From the NCBI GenBank assembly GCA_964648665.1, contig CAZYOA010000004.1, forward strand, positions 52,894-116,893: DNA of 64,000 nt, read 5' to 3'. Positions 1 to 10,089 of this stretch are shown piece after piece. Made by a program: the position numbers and the translations under genes. Every line of letters begins with the position of its first letter. The first letter of the stretch is position 1. The stretch is from an uncultured Planctomycetales bacterium (GTDB taxonomy: Bacteria > Omnitrophota > Gorgyraeia > Zapsychrales > Aceulaceae). Below the pieces are notes generated by a model. The model did not search any database and was not told the DNA's origin. It saw only the letters and a list, made by a program, of their open reading frames with translations.

Positions 1-1
1 A

Positions 2-1045
2 GTAGAGGGAAACAGGTCTTTTGCTTCAGGGGAATCTAACAGCGTTACTGGAGATTCTTCGGCTGCTTTTGGAAAAAATCTAACAGCACAAGCGGCTTTT
101 TCTGCTGCTTTTGGGAGATATAATGTTATTTCTGGAAATTCAGCGACTTGGGTTGCGACAGATCCTTTGTTTGTTATTGGTAATGGAGCTGCACCTGTGG
201 GTGATCCTCCAGGAGCAGCGTCAAATGCATTTACAATTTTGAAAAATGGAAATGTTGGCGTTGGGGCAGCTGATCCTTTCGTGATGTTTATGGTTGATGA
301 CGAAACAGGTTCTTTTGGTATAGACTCGACAGATCCTTTGGTGTTAATTGCGACAGGTAAGGCGAATACTCCTGGTCTTGCTGTTGTTTCTACGGATGCC
401 ATAGGTATTTCTATGCCAGCTATTGGTAACACGGCAATTTTTGCTCATGGGTTGGATTATTCAGCTTATTTTCAAGGAGGTGATGTTTATGTTGGGGATA
501 GTGTTGGAATTGGAACAACTGCCCCAGTATCTGCATTAGATATTAATGGCGGGACCATTAGTTTAAATGGTGGGAATATCAGCAATGATGGAGGGGGGCT
601 TGGTATTTATATTGATGATTCTGGAAATGTAGGAATCAATGACAGCACTCCTGATGCAGCTTTAGAAATTCTTCGCGAAGGGGTTGCGGGAGTTACTACT
701 CCTGTTCTTAGAGTTGGGGATGATGACGGATGGGTTGCAGAAGCAAATACAAAACTTAATGGAACTCTTTCTGTGGGTGGAATTTCAGCTTTTAACTCAA
801 GAATAAAAGCATATGATGGAATTCAGTTAGGAGAGTCTGGTACGTGTGATGGCTCTCTTCACGGAACGCTGGGTGTTAATTGTGCAAGCGTCGGACCAAA
901 CCTGTGTGCGCTTGTAATGTGTGCACCGACAGTTACTGCTTCTTCAGGATCTAGTTGGCAGGAGATTATAACTTTTGCAAATCTTCCAGGTGGTGGAGGA
1001 GGAACGACTCCTTCTCTAGAGGAGGAACTATCTACGGTAGAGTAG
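2..1045 (+). CDS. C-terminal part of a repeat-rich surface/adhesin-like protein (5'-truncated by the window)
   Basis: Frame is open from base 2 (VEGNRSFASGESNSVTGDSSAAFGKNLTAQAAFSAAFGRYN...). It has short S/A/F/G repeats resembling trimeric-adhesin head repeats, GNVGIG/VGIGTTAP beta-repeats, and a Cys-rich C-terminal module. Confidence 0.6.
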   Translation, partial: VEGNRSFASGESNSVTGDSSAAFGKNLTAQAAFSAAFGRYNVISGNSATWVATDPLFVIGNGAAPVGDPPGAASNAFTILKNGNVGVGAADPFVMFMVDDETGSFGIDSTDPLVLIATGKANTPGLAVVSTDAIGISMPAIGNTAIFAHGLDYSAYFQGGDVYVGDSVGIGTTAPVSALDINGGTISLNGGNISNDGGGLGIYIDDSGNVGINDSTPDAALEILREGVAGVTTPVLRVGDDDGWVAEANTKLNGTLSVGGISAFNSRIKAYDGIQLGESGTCDGSLHGTLGVNCASVGPNLCALVMCAPTVTASSGSSWQEIITFANLPGGGGGTTPSLEEELSTVE

Positions 1046-1123
1046 GGCTGGTAGCGGATGAGGCGGGGAAAATTGTGGCAGTGGAGAACTATAATAATTT
1101 GCAATTTAAAGAAATAAAATAAG

Positions 1124-3154
1124 ATGAAAATAAGTTTAAATTGGATTAAAGATTATATTGATATTCCGAGTAAAGTTGATGAGCTTGCATGCAAACTGAC
1201 TTTGTCTGGTCAGGAAGTCGAGAAAATTGAGAAGATCGACGGAGACACAGTCTTTGAACTTGAAGTGACTCCTAATCGGCCAGACTGTCTTAATTTGATT
1301 GGTTTGGCCCGAGAATTCTCGGCCATTCTTGACAAAAAGCTTAAAAAGCCAAAAATTAAGAAAATTAAATTCTTAAATAATAAGTGTGATATTTCTATTG
1401 AAGATAAAGATGACTGTTCTCGATATATTGGAGCAATTATCAAAGATGTAAACATCAAAAAAACACCTAAAAATATTGTTGAAAAAATCTCTGCTCTGGG
1501 GCTTCGGAGCATTAACAATGTTGTCGATATAACAAATTTTTGTTTAATGGAAACCGGTCAGCCAATGCATGCGTTTGATTATGACAAGCTTGCTGGTGGA
1601 AAAGTTGTTGTGCGTCGTGCAAAAAAAGGTGAAACGATTACAGCTATTGACGATGTTACGTATAATCTTGATCCGTCTATTTTAATTATTGCTGATCAAG
1701 AAAAACCTGTTGCAATTGCAGGGGTTATGGGAGGCAAAGAGTCAGAGGTTACGGATAAAACAAAAAATATTTTGCTTGAAAGCGCGTATTTTAATCCAGC
1801 ACTTGTTCGTCAAGCATCGCGTAAACTTGCACTTCGAAGCGATTCGTCGTATCGTTTTGAAAGAGGTGTTGATATAGACATGGTTGAAACCGGCGCGCAG
1901 CGAGCAGTTCATTTGATTCAAGATTTAGCCGGTGGACAAGCGTTGTCTCAAAAAGATGTGTATCTTAAGAAAATAAAGAATGCGCAAACGAAAATATATG
2001 TCAGCGTTGATGAAATCAATTCTCTTTTAGGTTCAAGCTTAAACGGAGTGAAGATAAAAAATATTCTGAAAAAACTTGAGTGTCAAGTTTCTGAAAAAAA
2101 TAAAAATATTCTAGAAGTTATTCCTCCATCTTTTCGAGGAGATATTCGAGTTTCTGTTGACGTGGCTGAAGAAATTGCTCGCGTTATTGGTTTTGATAAT
2201 CTTCCGTCGAAGATGCCTGAAATTAAATCTCAAAATATGAATTGTTCGAAGAAATGGATTCTTAAAAAAGAGCTATCTGCAGCTTTAACAGGCCAAGGGT
2301 TAGATGAAATTATTAGCTATACAATGGTTGGAGAAAAAGCGCTTAAAGCGGCTAAAGTTTTTTCGGATAAGAAGATGTTTCGAAATCAGAATCCTTTGAC
2401 AGAAGATCAAGAGTTTATGCGCGTAAGTTCTTTGCCAAATATTTTAAATGTTGTATCAACAAATATTAAAAGAGGGCAGAGAGATTTAAAATTCTTTGAA
2501 CTTGGAAAAGTTTATTTGTCGACGGGAGAGAAAGATGTTTTGTCGATTATCATGACAGGAAATTCTCTGGGTGATTGGCGAGAAGAAAAAAGAAAAATAG
2601 ATTTTTATGACAGCAAGGGTGTTCTCGAAAATGTATTAAATTATTTTTCTAAAAAAGAAACTACATTCTTGAAAACAGAGGAAGCGTATTATCACAAAGG
2701 ACAAGCGGCTAAGATTGTTTTTGAAGGCAAGGAAATTGGCTCTATAGGAAAATTAGATGTGAATATCTTAAATGAATGGGACATTAAGCATCAGGATGTT
2801 TTTTTTGCTCAGGTTGATGTTGATCCAATTTTAAAAGCATCAGAAAAGATTTCAAAATATAAAGCAGTTTGCGAATATCCTTGTGTTGTGCGAGATATTA
2901 GCTTAAGCGTTAAACAAGATCTTAGTTATCAAAAGATCAAAGATGTTATTATCAATGTTAAAGAGCCTCTTGTTACGGATATTGATTTTGTTGAACAGTA
3001 TTTGGGCGAAAAGCTTGAACAAGGACAAAAAGGAATCACAATATCTTTGACGTATCAATCCCACCAAAAAACTTTGACTGAAGAAGAAGTTGAGCAAGCT
3101 CATAGCGTTATTTGCCAAAAACTTATTTCTGATTTGCAAGCTATCAAACGTTAA
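1124..3154 (+). CDS. pheT: Phenylalanine--tRNA ligase beta subunit (short form lacking the B2 OB-fold)
   Basis: MKISLNW N-terminus, TPNRPD, NNVVDITN, ETGQPMHAFD, RFERGVD, EEIARVIG, C-terminal anticodon-binding domain. Confidence 0.97.
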   Translation: MKISLNWIKDYIDIPSKVDELACKLTLSGQEVEKIEKIDGDTVFELEVTPNRPDCLNLIGLAREFSAILDKKLKKPKIKKIKFLNNKCDISIEDKDDCSRYIGAIIKDVNIKKTPKNIVEKISALGLRSINNVVDITNFCLMETGQPMHAFDYDKLAGGKVVVRRAKKGETITAIDDVTYNLDPSILIIADQEKPVAIAGVMGGKESEVTDKTKNILLESAYFNPALVRQASRKLALRSDSSYRFERGVDIDMVETGAQRAVHLIQDLAGGQALSQKDVYLKKIKNAQTKIYVSVDEINSLLGSSLNGVKIKNILKKLECQVSEKNKNILEVIPPSFRGDIRVSVDVAEEIARVIGFDNLPSKMPEIKSQNMNCSKKWILKKELSAALTGQGLDEIISYTMVGEKALKAAKVFSDKKMFRNQNPLTEDQEFMRVSSLPNILNVVSTNIKRGQRDLKFFELGKVYLSTGEKDVLSIIMTGNSLGDWREEKRKIDFYDSKGVLENVLNYFSKKETTFLKTEEAYYHKGQAAKIVFEGKEIGSIGKLDVNILNEWDIKHQDVFFAQVDVDPILKASEKISKYKAVCEYPCVVRDISLSVKQDLSYQKIKDVIINVKEPLVTDIDFVEQYLGEKLEQGQKGITISLTYQSHQKTLTEEEVEQAHSVICQKLISDLQAIKR

Positions 3155-3160
3155 AAATCG

Positions 3161-3169
3161 TGATATAAT
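3161..3169 (+). promoter_or_regulatory. Extended -10 promoter for 6S RNA
   Basis: TGaTATAAT ending 5 nt upstream of the predicted 6S 5' end. Confidence 0.7.
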
Positions 3170-3174
3170 TATTT

Positions 3175-3323
3175 ATCCCTGCTGTGTGCGTTAGGTCAAG
3201 TTATACTGAACCAACACAGTATAAACGGGAGCTAAGCTTTTGAATTATCTGTGGATATTTCAAAGAGGCACCCACTTGACACATACGGTTCATGTTACCT
3301 ATCCTAACGGCATAAGCGGGGAT
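3175..3323 (+). ncRNA. ssrS: 6S RNA
   Basis: Closing stem ATCCCTGC..CGTTAGG / CCTAACG..GCGGGGAT, TGAACC/GGTTCA helix, central bubble with GGGAGC and CACCCAC, apical hairpin. Lies upstream of 5-formyl-THF cyclo-ligase, the conserved ssrS-ygfA synteny. Confidence 0.88.
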
Positions 3324-3444
3324 TTTATTTGCCTGCCGCAAGTCTATTTATAGATTTCAATAAAGACGTAACTCTATGAAGATAATAGGTTTATCTGATA
3401 TCTAATTTTATTCTACTAAAATTAAAGACTACTTATATTAATAG

Positions 3445-3473
3445 TTGTCTACATATTATAAAAGTGATACAAT
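3445..3473 (+). promoter_or_regulatory. Sigma70-type promoter
   Basis: TTGTCT-17 bp-TACAAT with a TGn extension, upstream of the CDS at 3513. Confidence 0.6.
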
Positions 3474-3512
3474 GTGTGACTATACATAAGATGTGTTTTT
3501 GAAGGATGTTAA

Positions 3513-4076
3513 ATGGTTAATAATTATAAAGAACTTTTAAGAAAAAGTCTTTTAGAATTACTGAGAACTCAAAAGGAGGATGTCAGGTTTAAAAAAAGCA
3601 AGCTTATTGCAAATAAGTTGTTTAAAATGCAAGAATTTATAAGCGCTCGAGCAATTATGTTTTACTGTTCTTTTGATGGAGAAGTAGAAACTTTTTCGAT
3701 GATCCAAGAGGCGCAACGATTAGGGAAAAAAGTGGTTTTACCAATTACGATTAAAAAAGAGAACAAAATTATACCATCCGTGATTAATAATATTGAAAAC
3801 GATTTATTAAAAGGGCCTTATGGCATTTTGCAGCCTAAAGAAGATGCTTGTAGAGATTTTGATTTAAAAGATCTAGGCTTGGTTATTGTTCCTGGTCTTG
3901 GCTTTGATCAAAAAAATAATCGTTTAGGTCGCGGAAAAGGATATTATGATCGCTTTTTAAAAATACTTCCTGAATCAACGCCAACAATAGGACTTGCCTT
4001 TGATTTTCAAGTCCTTTCTAGCTTGCCTCTCATCGAAGATCATGATGTTCCTGTCTCTTGTGTTTTAACAAACTAA
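3513..4076 (+). CDS. ygfA: 5-formyltetrahydrofolate cyclo-ligase
   Basis: IVPGLGFD and RLGRGKGYYDRFL motifs; follows 6S RNA. Confidence 0.95.
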   Translation: MVNNYKELLRKSLLELLRTQKEDVRFKKSKLIANKLFKMQEFISARAIMFYCSFDGEVETFSMIQEAQRLGKKVVLPITIKKENKIIPSVINNIENDLLKGPYGILQPKEDACRDFDLKDLGLVIVPGLGFDQKNNRLGRGKGYYDRFLKILPESTPTIGLAFDFQVLSSLPLIEDHDVPVSCVLTN

Positions 4077-4136
4077 AAGGGCAACATTCTTAACACGCAT
4101 TAGAATGTTTTTACTTATAGAAGGGAAATATATAAC

Positions 4137-5705
4137 ATGTTAGAAAATCAATCTGTTGTAGATAATATTATACTGTCAGTTATTATTATTTGTTCAGTTC
4201 TGTCTGGGTATTTCTTGAGTCGGTTTTTTAGTGATCGTCGACTTAGAAAATCAAAGGTGAAATCTGTAGAACTTTTAGAAAAAGCAGAGCGTGAAGTTGA
4301 AAATAAAATTAAGGAAGCTGAAATTAAAAGCCGAGATATGTTAATTCAGCTTCGTGAACGTTTTGAAAAAGAAACAAAAGAACGCAGAGATGAAATTTCT
4401 TCTGCTGAAAAACGTATTTTGCAAAAAGAAGGAAATTTGGAAAAACGCGTTGATCTTTTAGAGAAAAAAGAAAAAGATATTGAATATCGTGTTGGACAGC
4501 TTCATCAAAGCGAGGTTGATCTTCAGGATAAAGAAAAGAAATTAGATCAACTTATTGATGAAGAAAAGCAACGCTTGCAGAAAGTGTCTTCTATGACGTC
4601 GGATGAGGCAAAGGCGCTTCTTTTATCTCGGATCGAAGATGAGCTAATTGCAGAAAAAGCAACGCGTATCAGAGAAATGGACGAAGAGTTAAAGGAAAAT
4701 GCAGATAAAAAAGCTAAAGAGATTTTGTCTTCGGCTATTCATCGCTGTGCAAGTGATCATGCAGGAGATACGACGATCAGTGTTGTGCATTTGCCATCAG
4801 ATGAGATGAAGGGACGTATTATTGGACGTGAAGGACGAAATATTCGCGCTTTTGAAATGGCAACAGGTGTTGATATCATTATTGATGATACGCCAGAAGC
4901 TGTTACGATTTCTGGTTTTGATATGATGCGCCGAGAAATTGCTAAGATTTCTTTAGAGAGACTTATTCATGATGGACGAATTCATCCAGGACGCATTGAA
5001 GAAGTTGTAGAAAAGGTAAAAAAAGAAATTGATACAAAAATTAAAGAAGAAGGTGAGCAGGCAACTTTTGATTTAGGCATCCACGGCATGCATCCAGAAC
5101 TTGTTAAATTAGTTGGAAGATTAAAATATAGAACAAGTTTTGGGCAGAATGCACTTCGTCATTGTAAAGAGGTTGCTTCGCTGATGGGTATTATGGCATC
5201 TCAGCTGAATCTAGATTTTAAAATTGCTCGGCGAGCAGGACTTTTGCATGACATTGGAAAAGTGGCTGGAGAAAACGCTGAAGGGCCTCATGCTCTTGTT
5301 GGAGCTGAGATTATTAGAAAATATGGTGAACAACCTGAGGTTGTAAAAGCTGTTGAATCTCATCATGAAGAAGTTGAAATGAACATTTATGGTATTCTTG
5401 TTGCGGCTGCAGATGCTGTGAGCGCAGCACGTCCAGGTGCACGCGCAGAAGCCATGGAGACATATGTTAAGCGTATTGAATCTTTAGAAAAGATTGCGAC
5501 TTCGTTTAAAGGTGTTGATAAGGCGTATGCTCTTCAAGCGGGACGTGAAGTGCGCATTATGGTAAAACCTAATAAAGTTAAAGATGACGAAGCGGTTGTT
5601 ATGTCTCGAGATATTCGAAAGAAAATTGAATCTGACATGGATTATCCAGGACAAATTAGAGTTATTGTTATTCGAGAAACTCGAGCAACAGAATACGCAA
5701 AATAA
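4137..5705 (+). CDS. rny: Ribonuclease Y
   Basis: N-terminal TM helix, coiled coil, KH domain ([13 protein letters not shown]), HD domain (LLHDIGK), SAARPGAR. Confidence 0.98.
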   Translation: MLENQSVVDNIILSVIIICSVLSGYFLSRFFSDRRLRKSKVKSVELLEKAEREVENKIKEAEIKSRDMLIQLRERFEKETKERRDEISSAEKRILQKEGNLEKRVDLLEKKEKDIEYRVGQLHQSEVDLQDKEKKLDQLIDEEKQRLQKVSSMTSDEAKALLLSRIEDELIAEKATRIREMDEELKENADKKAKEILSSAIHRCASDHAGDTTISVVHLPSDEMKGRIIGREGRNIRAFEMATGVDIIIDDTPEAVTISGFDMMRREIAKISLERLIHDGRIHPGRIEEVVEKVKKEIDTKIKEEGEQATFDLGIHGMHPELVKLVGRLKYRTSFGQNALRHCKEVASLMGIMASQLNLDFKIARRAGLLHDIGKVAGENAEGPHALVGAEIIRKYGEQPEVVKAVESHHEEVEMNIYGILVAAADAVSAARPGARAEAMETYVKRIESLEKIATSFKGVDKAYALQAGREVRIMVKPNKVKDDEAVVMSRDIRKKIESDMDYPGQIRVIVIRETRATEYAK

Positions 5706-5723
5706 AAAAGGCATTTTTAAAAA

Positions 5724-6506
5724 ATGAACGTTTTATGTATTGGAGATATTGTTGGACGGCCCGGGCGCGATGCGGTAGAAATGCTTTTGCCAGGATTGGT
5801 TGAAGAACATAATATTGATTGTGTTGTGGCAAATGCAGAAAATGCGGCTGGAGGAGCTGGGCTTATTCCACGATTAGCAGAAAGTTTATTTTTGTTTGGA
5901 TGTGATGTTTTGACCTTAGGTGATCATGTTTGGGATAAAAAGAATCTAATTGAATATTTAGATGAAGAAAGAAACATTATTCGGCCAGCTAATTTTCCAA
6001 GGAATTCTCCGGGTAAGGGATATTGTATAGTCACAACAAAAAAAGGTGTAAAAATTGCTGTGATTAATCTTTTAGGGCGTGTTTTTATGCGTTATAATGT
6101 TAATTGTCCGTTTGAAAGTTTTTTGGATCTTATTAAAGATATTCGAAAGCAAACAAAGAATATTATTGTTGATTTTCATGGTGAAGCCACAAGTGAAAAG
6201 ATTGCTTTTGGTCATTTTGCTGATGGGCAAGTTTCCGGCATTTTTGGAACACATACGCATGTCCAAACTGCTGATGAGAAAATCTTGCCTAAGAAAACAG
6301 CACATATTACAGATGTTGGTATGACTGGTCCTTTTGATTCAGTCATAGGACAAAATAAAGAAAAGATTGTTGAGCGTTTCTTAACAAGTATGCCGTCAAA
6401 ATTTGAAGTTGCATTAAATGATGTTCGTCTTAATGGTGTTGTTTTTACAATTGATGAAGATTCAGGAGCAGCCTTAAACATACAAAGAATTCAAAGGAGG
6501 ATTTAA
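5724..6506 (+). CDS. ymdB: YmdB-family metallophosphoesterase
   Basis: GDIVGRPGR, NAENAAGG, DFHGEATSEK, GTHTHVQTAD; rny-ymdB synteny. Confidence 0.95.
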   Translation: MNVLCIGDIVGRPGRDAVEMLLPGLVEEHNIDCVVANAENAAGGAGLIPRLAESLFLFGCDVLTLGDHVWDKKNLIEYLDEERNIIRPANFPRNSPGKGYCIVTTKKGVKIAVINLLGRVFMRYNVNCPFESFLDLIKDIRKQTKNIIVDFHGEATSEKIAFGHFADGQVSGIFGTHTHVQTADEKILPKKTAHITDVGMTGPFDSVIGQNKEKIVERFLTSMPSKFEVALNDVRLNGVVFTIDEDSGAALNIQRIQRRI

Positions 6507-6899
6507 ATGGCAGATTGGCAAGGCCTTGAAAGAAGGCAATTCCCGCGAGTTAATTATCCGTGTCTCGTAACTGTTCGAAATGAGCTTGAAAATCTAGACG
6601 CTTTTTTAACACATACAGAAAATGTTGGAACAGGCGGTGTTTGTGTTATTTTTAAAGAAGGCATGAGGCTTTTTTCAGAAGTTGATCTAGAAATTGATCT
6701 TCTCGATATGGAAAAGAATATTAAGTGTAAAGGGCGCGTTGTATGGTCTGTTAAGACGCAAGCTAAGAATCAGCTAAAGACGACGGTTTATGATACTGGT
6801 ATTGAATTTTCTAATATTCTTCCTGAAGAACAAAAAAGAATTAGGAGCGTCGTTATGCAGCTGATAAAAGAAGGATACGAACAGACCCCGTATAAATAA
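6507..6899 (+). CDS. Stand-alone PilZ-domain protein
   Basis: ERRQFPR (RxxxR), NVGTGG, GRVVW and GIEF strands. Confidence 0.85.
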   Translation: MADWQGLERRQFPRVNYPCLVTVRNELENLDAFLTHTENVGTGGVCVIFKEGMRLFSEVDLEIDLLDMEKNIKCKGRVVWSVKTQAKNQLKTTVYDTGIEFSNILPEEQKRIRSVVMQLIKEGYEQTPYK

Positions 6900-6949
6900 A
6901 AGATAGAACGTTTTTCTTTTTCTCAAAATATTTTCAAAAAAGGTAAATA

Positions 6950-8224
6950 ATGAAGGTAAGATTTGCACCTAGTCCGACAGGATTTTTGCATATTGGAGGA
7001 GCTAGAACGGCTTTATTCAATTGGATGTATGCTAAAGCTCAAAACGGAACTTTTGTTTTGCGCATTGAAGATACAGATCTCGAGCGGTCAAAACCAGAAT
7101 TTTTAGATGAAATTTTGCAGAGCATGAAATGGCTGGGGCTTTCTTTTGACGAGCTTTATAAGCAAAGTGACCGATTTGATCTTTATAAAAAATACGCACA
7201 ACAACTTTTAGATGAAGATAAAGCTTATAAGGATGGTGAAGCTGTTATTTTAAAGATGCCGCATAAAGAAGTTAAAATTTATGATTTGATTCGTGATGAA
7301 ATTGTTTTTGATACGGCTTTGCTGAAAGATCAAGTTTTAATGAAATCTGATGGATCGCCAACGTATAGCTTTGCTTGTGTTGTTGATGATGCGTTAATGG
7401 AGATTACGCACGTCATCCGCGGTGAAGATCATATTTCGAATACGCCTAAACAGGTTATTATTTATGAAGCGCTTGGTTTTAAGGTGCCGAAATTTGCACA
7501 TCTTCCTTTAATTATGGGCGAAGACGGAAGTCGACTTTCGAAGCGCACGGGAGCTGTCGCTGTTAGTGATTATAAGAAGATGGGATTTATTTCTGATGGA
7601 ATTGTTAATTATTTGATGCTTTTAGGATGGTCTCCGGGGGCAAATCAAGAAATTGTTAGCTTAAAAAAGGCTGTTGAAAAGTTTTCTATTAAAAAGGTCA
7701 ATAAGGCTTCAGCAATTTTTTCAATTGAGAAATTAAAATGGGTTAATGCTCAGCATATTCGAAAGATGGATTTAGAAAGTTTTGTAGATCTTGTTGTCCC
7801 ATTTTTAAAAGAGGCGCAGTATCTTAAAGATGATTTTGATCAAGATATGGTTAAAAAGATTGCGAATTTATTTAAAGGACGAATATCGACTTTAGAGGAT
7901 TTTGTGGATTGGGCAGATTTTGCTTTTTTAGAAAAGATTCAAGCTTCTGGTGAGGATCGAGAAAAGTTTTTTACAGCTGAAACTAAAGAGCGTTTTAATT
8001 CTTTGATTGAACAGCTTGGTGGTGTCGAATCTTTTGATGTTGAATCGTGTGAAAAATCTTTTCGATTTGTTGTTGATAAACTTGGAATCAAAGCTGCAGA
8101 ACTTGTTCACCCTGTACGTGTTGCGTTAACAGGAAAAACAATTGGTCCTGGTCTTTTTGACACGATGGCTATTGTTGGAAAACAAAAAACAATCCAAAGA
8201 CTCAAAGCTGTTATTGATTCTTAA
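6950..8224 (+). CDS. gltX: Glutamate--tRNA ligase
   Basis: RFAPSPTG, HIGG, LRIEDTD, IRGEDH, RLSKR; followed by tRNA-Gln. Confidence 0.96.
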   Translation: MKVRFAPSPTGFLHIGGARTALFNWMYAKAQNGTFVLRIEDTDLERSKPEFLDEILQSMKWLGLSFDELYKQSDRFDLYKKYAQQLLDEDKAYKDGEAVILKMPHKEVKIYDLIRDEIVFDTALLKDQVLMKSDGSPTYSFACVVDDALMEITHVIRGEDHISNTPKQVIIYEALGFKVPKFAHLPLIMGEDGSRLSKRTGAVAVSDYKKMGFISDGIVNYLMLLGWSPGANQEIVSLKKAVEKFSIKKVNKASAIFSIEKLKWVNAQHIRKMDLESFVDLVVPFLKEAQYLKDDFDQDMVKKIANLFKGRISTLEDFVDWADFAFLEKIQASGEDREKFFTAETKERFNSLIEQLGGVESFDVESCEKSFRFVVDKLGIKAAELVHPVRVALTGKTIGPGLFDTMAIVGKQKTIQRLKAVIDS

Positions 8225-8247
8225 GGCAAAAATAAAATAATATTTAT

Positions 8248-8318
8248 TGCCCGGTTGTGTAACGGTAGCACGACTGCCTCTGGAGCAGTTAGTTTTGGTT
8301 CGAATCCAAGCCGGGCAG
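8248..8318 (+). tRNA. tRNA-Gln (anticodon CTG), CCA not encoded
   Basis: Acceptor stem TGCCCGG/CCGGGCA plus G discriminator; anticodon arm ACTGC-CTCTGGA-GCAGT; T loop TTCGAAT. Confidence 0.95.
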
Positions 8319-8340
8319 CGTTTAATTTAAAAAGATATTT

Positions 8341-10041
8341 ATGTTTCTATCGATTTTAAAAAAAGTATCACGCTATTGGAAAAGTATTGGCTTAAGCGTC
8401 TTTTTCTCTTTTCTGTTTTTAAAAATAACCTATTGGGTAATCTATTTAATCCCATCTATTGAAAATATTTTCCTTTCTGCTTTAATCTCTTGTGTTTTGA
8501 TTGGTTTTTTTGTTTTTTATTTAACAAAACAAAAGAATCTTTTAGATCATCTATATGCTGGAATCTTCTCTTTTGCTGTTTGCTTTAGCATTACGACAAT
8601 TGTCATGAATATTTTAACGGAACCGTTTTTTGATTGGAATTCTGCACGCCTTGTGTGGACGTTTTCAATCAAGCATGGATATAAAGTTTTTTGTGGGTTG
8701 TTTCAAGGGCCTATTCTCGCGCGTATGTATGGACCGTTGATGCCATTTTCGTATTGGCCGTGCACGTGGATGAAAACACCGATTAGCGCTATTTGGATGG
8801 GGTCTTTTTTGAGCGTATTATTTATTTTTGTTCCAACGAGTATTTTCTTTATTGTTGAATCAAGAAAACAGGCTCGTTTTAAAGAAGCATTTTTTTGTTA
8901 TTTCTTGTTTTTTTGTTTACTTGCTTTTAACGCGATTCCGTTAACTCGATCGATGTTTATGATTCATGCGGATGCCCCGTCGATTGGATTTGCGATTTTA
9001 GCATGCTTGATGTTGTATTTGGATCGTTTATCGCCAAAATCGCATCATAAGTTATTGTCTGCTTTTTTGGTGGTTTGTTCTGTGTGGACAAAGCAAATTG
9101 CTGCACCTCTTCTTATTGCTTTGCCGTTATATCTTTGGATTACCCAAGGGCGAAAAGTAGCGCTTATTTATTTTGCTCAGATTTTATTGATATCTTTCTG
9201 TTCTTTAGCTTTTTTTTCACATGTTTTTGGTTTTCAATATATGTTTCAGGAAATGTTTTTAATTCCTTCGAGGCATCCTTCTAGATATGCTTTTGGCTGG
9301 ACAAGGGGATTTTTACTTGTTTCATGGTTTTGGATTAAAAGTATTTTTCCGTATGCTTTATGTGTTATTTTATCAAATTTCAAGCATATTAAAGGGTTGC
9401 TTAAGCAAAAAATAAGATTGAGAAATTTTTTAAAACAAAATTATTGGTTTTTGTTTATTTGGGTAGGAATTTTTATGGCACCTACAGCAATTTTAGGAAT
9501 GCTTAAAATGGGTGGAGACTTTAATAATCTTAGTTTTTCTTTATACTTTTTTGTTTTGGCTGCAGCTATGAGCATTACGCGTCTTTTTTTAAATTTGAGA
9601 CAAAGATTGTCTAAGAATAATTTAAAAATTGTTAAAGTTTTGTTTTGTGTCTTAGTTTTTTGTTTAATGGCATTTCGCTCAGCGCATCTTTATGAAATGA
9701 CAGATAAAGCGTTGATGGTGGGAAACTGTCCACAACAAATTGCCTATGAGCTTGCTTTAGAGTATCCTGAAAGAATATATTTTCCTGACAGTGTCCTTTC
9801 AATGTATTTTGCAGATAAAGAAATCTACAATAGTTTAGATGGTATTTATGATCGAAAGAATGCTAATATTCCTATCAGCCCGGAACATTTTAAAAAATAT
9901 CTTCCAAAGAATTTAGAAAAGATTGCTATGTTAAAGATTTATCCTTATCGGCATATGTATGTTTTAGAGCATCTTCCAGGATTTCGATCAAGAAAAGAAG
10001 TTGGAGATATGATTTTTTGGATTGTTTATGAAAAACAGTAA
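8341..10041 (+). CDS. Polytopic membrane protein, probable GT-C-type glycosyltransferase
   Basis: Many TM helices, with MYGP, HAD and WTKQ motifs; adjacent to a GT2 polyprenyl-phosphate glycosyltransferase. Confidence 0.55.
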   Translation: MFLSILKKVSRYWKSIGLSVFFSFLFLKITYWVIYLIPSIENIFLSALISCVLIGFFVFYLTKQKNLLDHLYAGIFSFAVCFSITTIVMNILTEPFFDWNSARLVWTFSIKHGYKVFCGLFQGPILARMYGPLMPFSYWPCTWMKTPISAIWMGSFLSVLFIFVPTSIFFIVESRKQARFKEAFFCYFLFFCLLAFNAIPLTRSMFMIHADAPSIGFAILACLMLYLDRLSPKSHHKLLSAFLVVCSVWTKQIAAPLLIALPLYLWITQGRKVALIYFAQILLISFCSLAFFSHVFGFQYMFQEMFLIPSRHPSRYAFGWTRGFLLVSWFWIKSIFPYALCVILSNFKHIKGLLKQKIRLRNFLKQNYWFLFIWVGIFMAPTAILGMLKMGGDFNNLSFSLYFFVLAAAMSITRLFLNLRQRLSKNNLKIVKVLFCVLVFCLMAFRSAHLYEMTDKALMVGNCPQQIAYELALEYPERIYFPDSVLSMYFADKEIYNSLDGIYDRKNANIPISPEHFKKYLPKNLEKIAMLKIYPYRHMYVLEHLPGFRSRKEVGDMIFWIVYEKQ

Positions 10042-10089
10042 TTTTTAGAAATCACTTGTGTAATATGTTAACGAGAAATAAGAGAAATC

